This document shows, piece by piece, positions 62,612 to 63,868 of a stretch of 63,868 bases of DNA; within the stretch, counting starts at the first letter, position 1, and each line of letters opens with the position of its first letter. This DNA is from Gemmatimonadales bacterium. GTDB lineage: Bacteria; Gemmatimonadota; Gemmatimonadetes; Gemmatimonadales; GWC2-71-9. The position numbers and the translations under genes are program-made. The stretch spans positions 1 through 63,868 of the forward strand of contig DATJGL010000347.1 in NCBI GenBank assembly GCA_035495075.1. The letters are read 5' to 3'. A model generated the notes under the pieces. It worked only from the letters and a program-made list of their open reading frames with translations. It did no database searches and was not told where the DNA came from.

Positions 62612-63485
62612 GCGAGCCGAAGGAGAGAGGCACGATCAGCGCGCAGTCTGGGGCGCGTCGGTAGTTGGCATCGTGGCACTGGTCGCGCTGCTTGCTCCCC
62701 TGCTTACCACCGGCAACCCCGCAGCACAGCATGACGTGGTCGCGACCCGGCTGCTCCCGCCAGGAGCCACGGACGTGTTCGGCGGCTTCCATCTGCTGGG
62801 GACGGACCGGCTGGGCCGCGACGTGTGGACCCGGCTCGCGTTCGGCGCGCGGATATCGCTCGGCGTCGGCGTTCTGGCCGTGGTTCTATCGGTCACGATC
62901 GGTCTCATCGTGGGGGCCACCGCGGCGATCGTGCGCGGCTGGCTCTCCACCGTGCTGCTCGCGGCCACGGACTTTGCGCTGGCCCTGCCGCGGGTCGTAC
63001 TCCTGCTCCTGCTGGCCGCGCTCTGGTCGCCGAGCGTCACCGTGGTGGTGCTGGTTCTGGGGCTCACCGGCTGGATGACCATCGCCCGGCTGGTCTACGC
63101 CGAGTCCCGCAGTCTCGTGACCCGTCCGTTCGCTGAGGCCGCCCTTGCTCTTGGCGCGCCCCGGCGGCGCCTCCTCTTCCACCATTTGCTGCCGAATCTG
63201 CTGACACCCGTCGTGGTAGCGGCCGCGCTCGGCATCGGCAACGCGATTCTGCTCGAGTCCGGTTTGTCCTTTCTCGGTCTCGGAGTGCAGCCACCACAAC
63301 CATCGTGGGGTAACATGATCGCCGCGGGACGCGATGCGCTCATGGACGCGCCCTGGATCGCGGGAGCGCCCGGCATCGCGTTGGTGCTCGTGGTTGTCGC
63401 GTGCACATTACTGGGCGACGCGCTGCAGGATCGGCTCGGGCCGGCGCGGCGCGGGCAGGCACGGGAGTCAGCGCTTGGTCGCTAG
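62604..63485 (+). CDS. ABC transporter permease (DppC/OppC type)
   Basis: 293 aa. It has HLLGTDRLGRDV and the EAA-like loop FAEAALALGAPRRRLLFHHLLPN. It overlaps the upstream permease by 8 nt. Confidence 0.85.
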   Translation: MPERAEGERHDQRAVWGASVVGIVALVALLAPLLTTGNPAAQHDVVATRLLPPGATDVFGGFHLLGTDRLGRDVWTRLAFGARISLGVGVLAVVLSVTIGLIVGATAAIVRGWLSTVLLAATDFALALPRVVLLLLLAALWSPSVTVVVLVLGLTGWMTIARLVYAESRSLVTRPFAEAALALGAPRRRLLFHHLLPNLLTPVVVAAALGIGNAILLESGLSFLGLGVQPPQPSWGNMIAAGRDALMDAPWIAGAPGIALVLVVVACTLLGDALQDRLGPARRGQARESALGR

Positions 63486-63525
63486 GGGCGCAGCATGGTT
63501 AGCGCAGGATAGATCGCTACCCGTG

Positions 63526-63868
63526 CTAGAACAGGTATGACATCCCGAGCGCGAAGGTGAACTGGTCTTTGTGGAACCCTCCGTCACTGTCCTCGAAGGC
63601 TGGCAGACTCGACCGATCGTAGCGGATCTCCGGCCGGATCAGGGCCGACGCCCAGCGCTTGAGGTTGAGCGTCAGCGTCCCACTGCCGAACTTGTTCCGG
63701 GCATTGGCCGGGTAGCCCAGCACGCCGGAGGTCCGAAAGCCGTTCTTATCATCCACGTAATCGCCCCGCAGCGCCACCGTGAGGGCCGGGCTCACATCGT
63801 ACGTGGCCCAGAGGCTCGCCCCCCACCATTTGGCCGTGAGGTCGGGCCCCAGCGCGTCCGGCTCCTCC
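63526..63868 (-). CDS. Outer-membrane beta-barrel porin-like protein (3' part; continues beyond window)
   Basis: The frame stays open to the window end. The sequence has alternating beta-strand character and the terminal motif FTFALGMSYLF*, with a C-terminal Phe typical of OMPs. Confidence 0.55.
   Translation of the reverse strand, partial: EEPDALGPDLTAKWWGASLWATYDVSPALTVALRGDYVDDKNGFRTSGVLGYPANARNKFGSGTLTLNLKRWASALIRPEIRYDRSSLPAFEDSDGGFHKDQFTFALGMSYLF

Overview
This is a 63.9-kb high-GC (about 65-70%) chromosomal window from a diderm bacterium. The lipoprotein and Ig-domain content and the GC level would fit Gemmatimonadota, but that is only a guess. All calls rest on reading the ORF translations and the DNA; no database search was run. 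Gene density is high, and stop/start overlaps (ATGA, GTGA, TGATG) are common.

Content in order:
- ettA (5'-truncated).
- A glycogen cluster: glgP, glgA and two GH57 enzymes.
- aguB and aguA.
- A histidine-utilisation operon (hutU, hutI, an M20 deacylase, hutF).
- A cupredoxin pair.
- An ECF sigma, anti-sigma and DUF4097 module.
- A five-gene chaperone-usher-like fibre locus.
- An SCP2 gene, tRNA-Pro and a DUF885 gene.
- A PAS-GGDEF-EAL protein.
- A Big_2-RCC1 lipoprotein, an MFS transporter, tRNA-Thr and tRNA-Leu.
- Three tandem modular Ig-like surface lipoproteins.
- SURF1, an M19 dipeptidase, a YkgJ-like protein, an alkaline-phosphatase-family protein and a GH38 mannosidase.
- A CGNR regulator.
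- A ten-gene translationally coupled operon of unknown pathway that contains a canonical PilZ gene.
- Divergent peptide-type ABC permeases and a partial porin.

Most interesting observations:
1. The non-canonical pilus-like locus at 20.8-25.3 kb.
2. The coupled operon with the embedded PilZ at 50.1-61.6 kb.
3. A family of long hairpins built from tandem heptads (GTGAACR/YGTTCAC) placed at gene 3' ends.
4. The domain-shuffled adhesin trio.

No CRISPR array, rRNA, transposase or integrase was seen.
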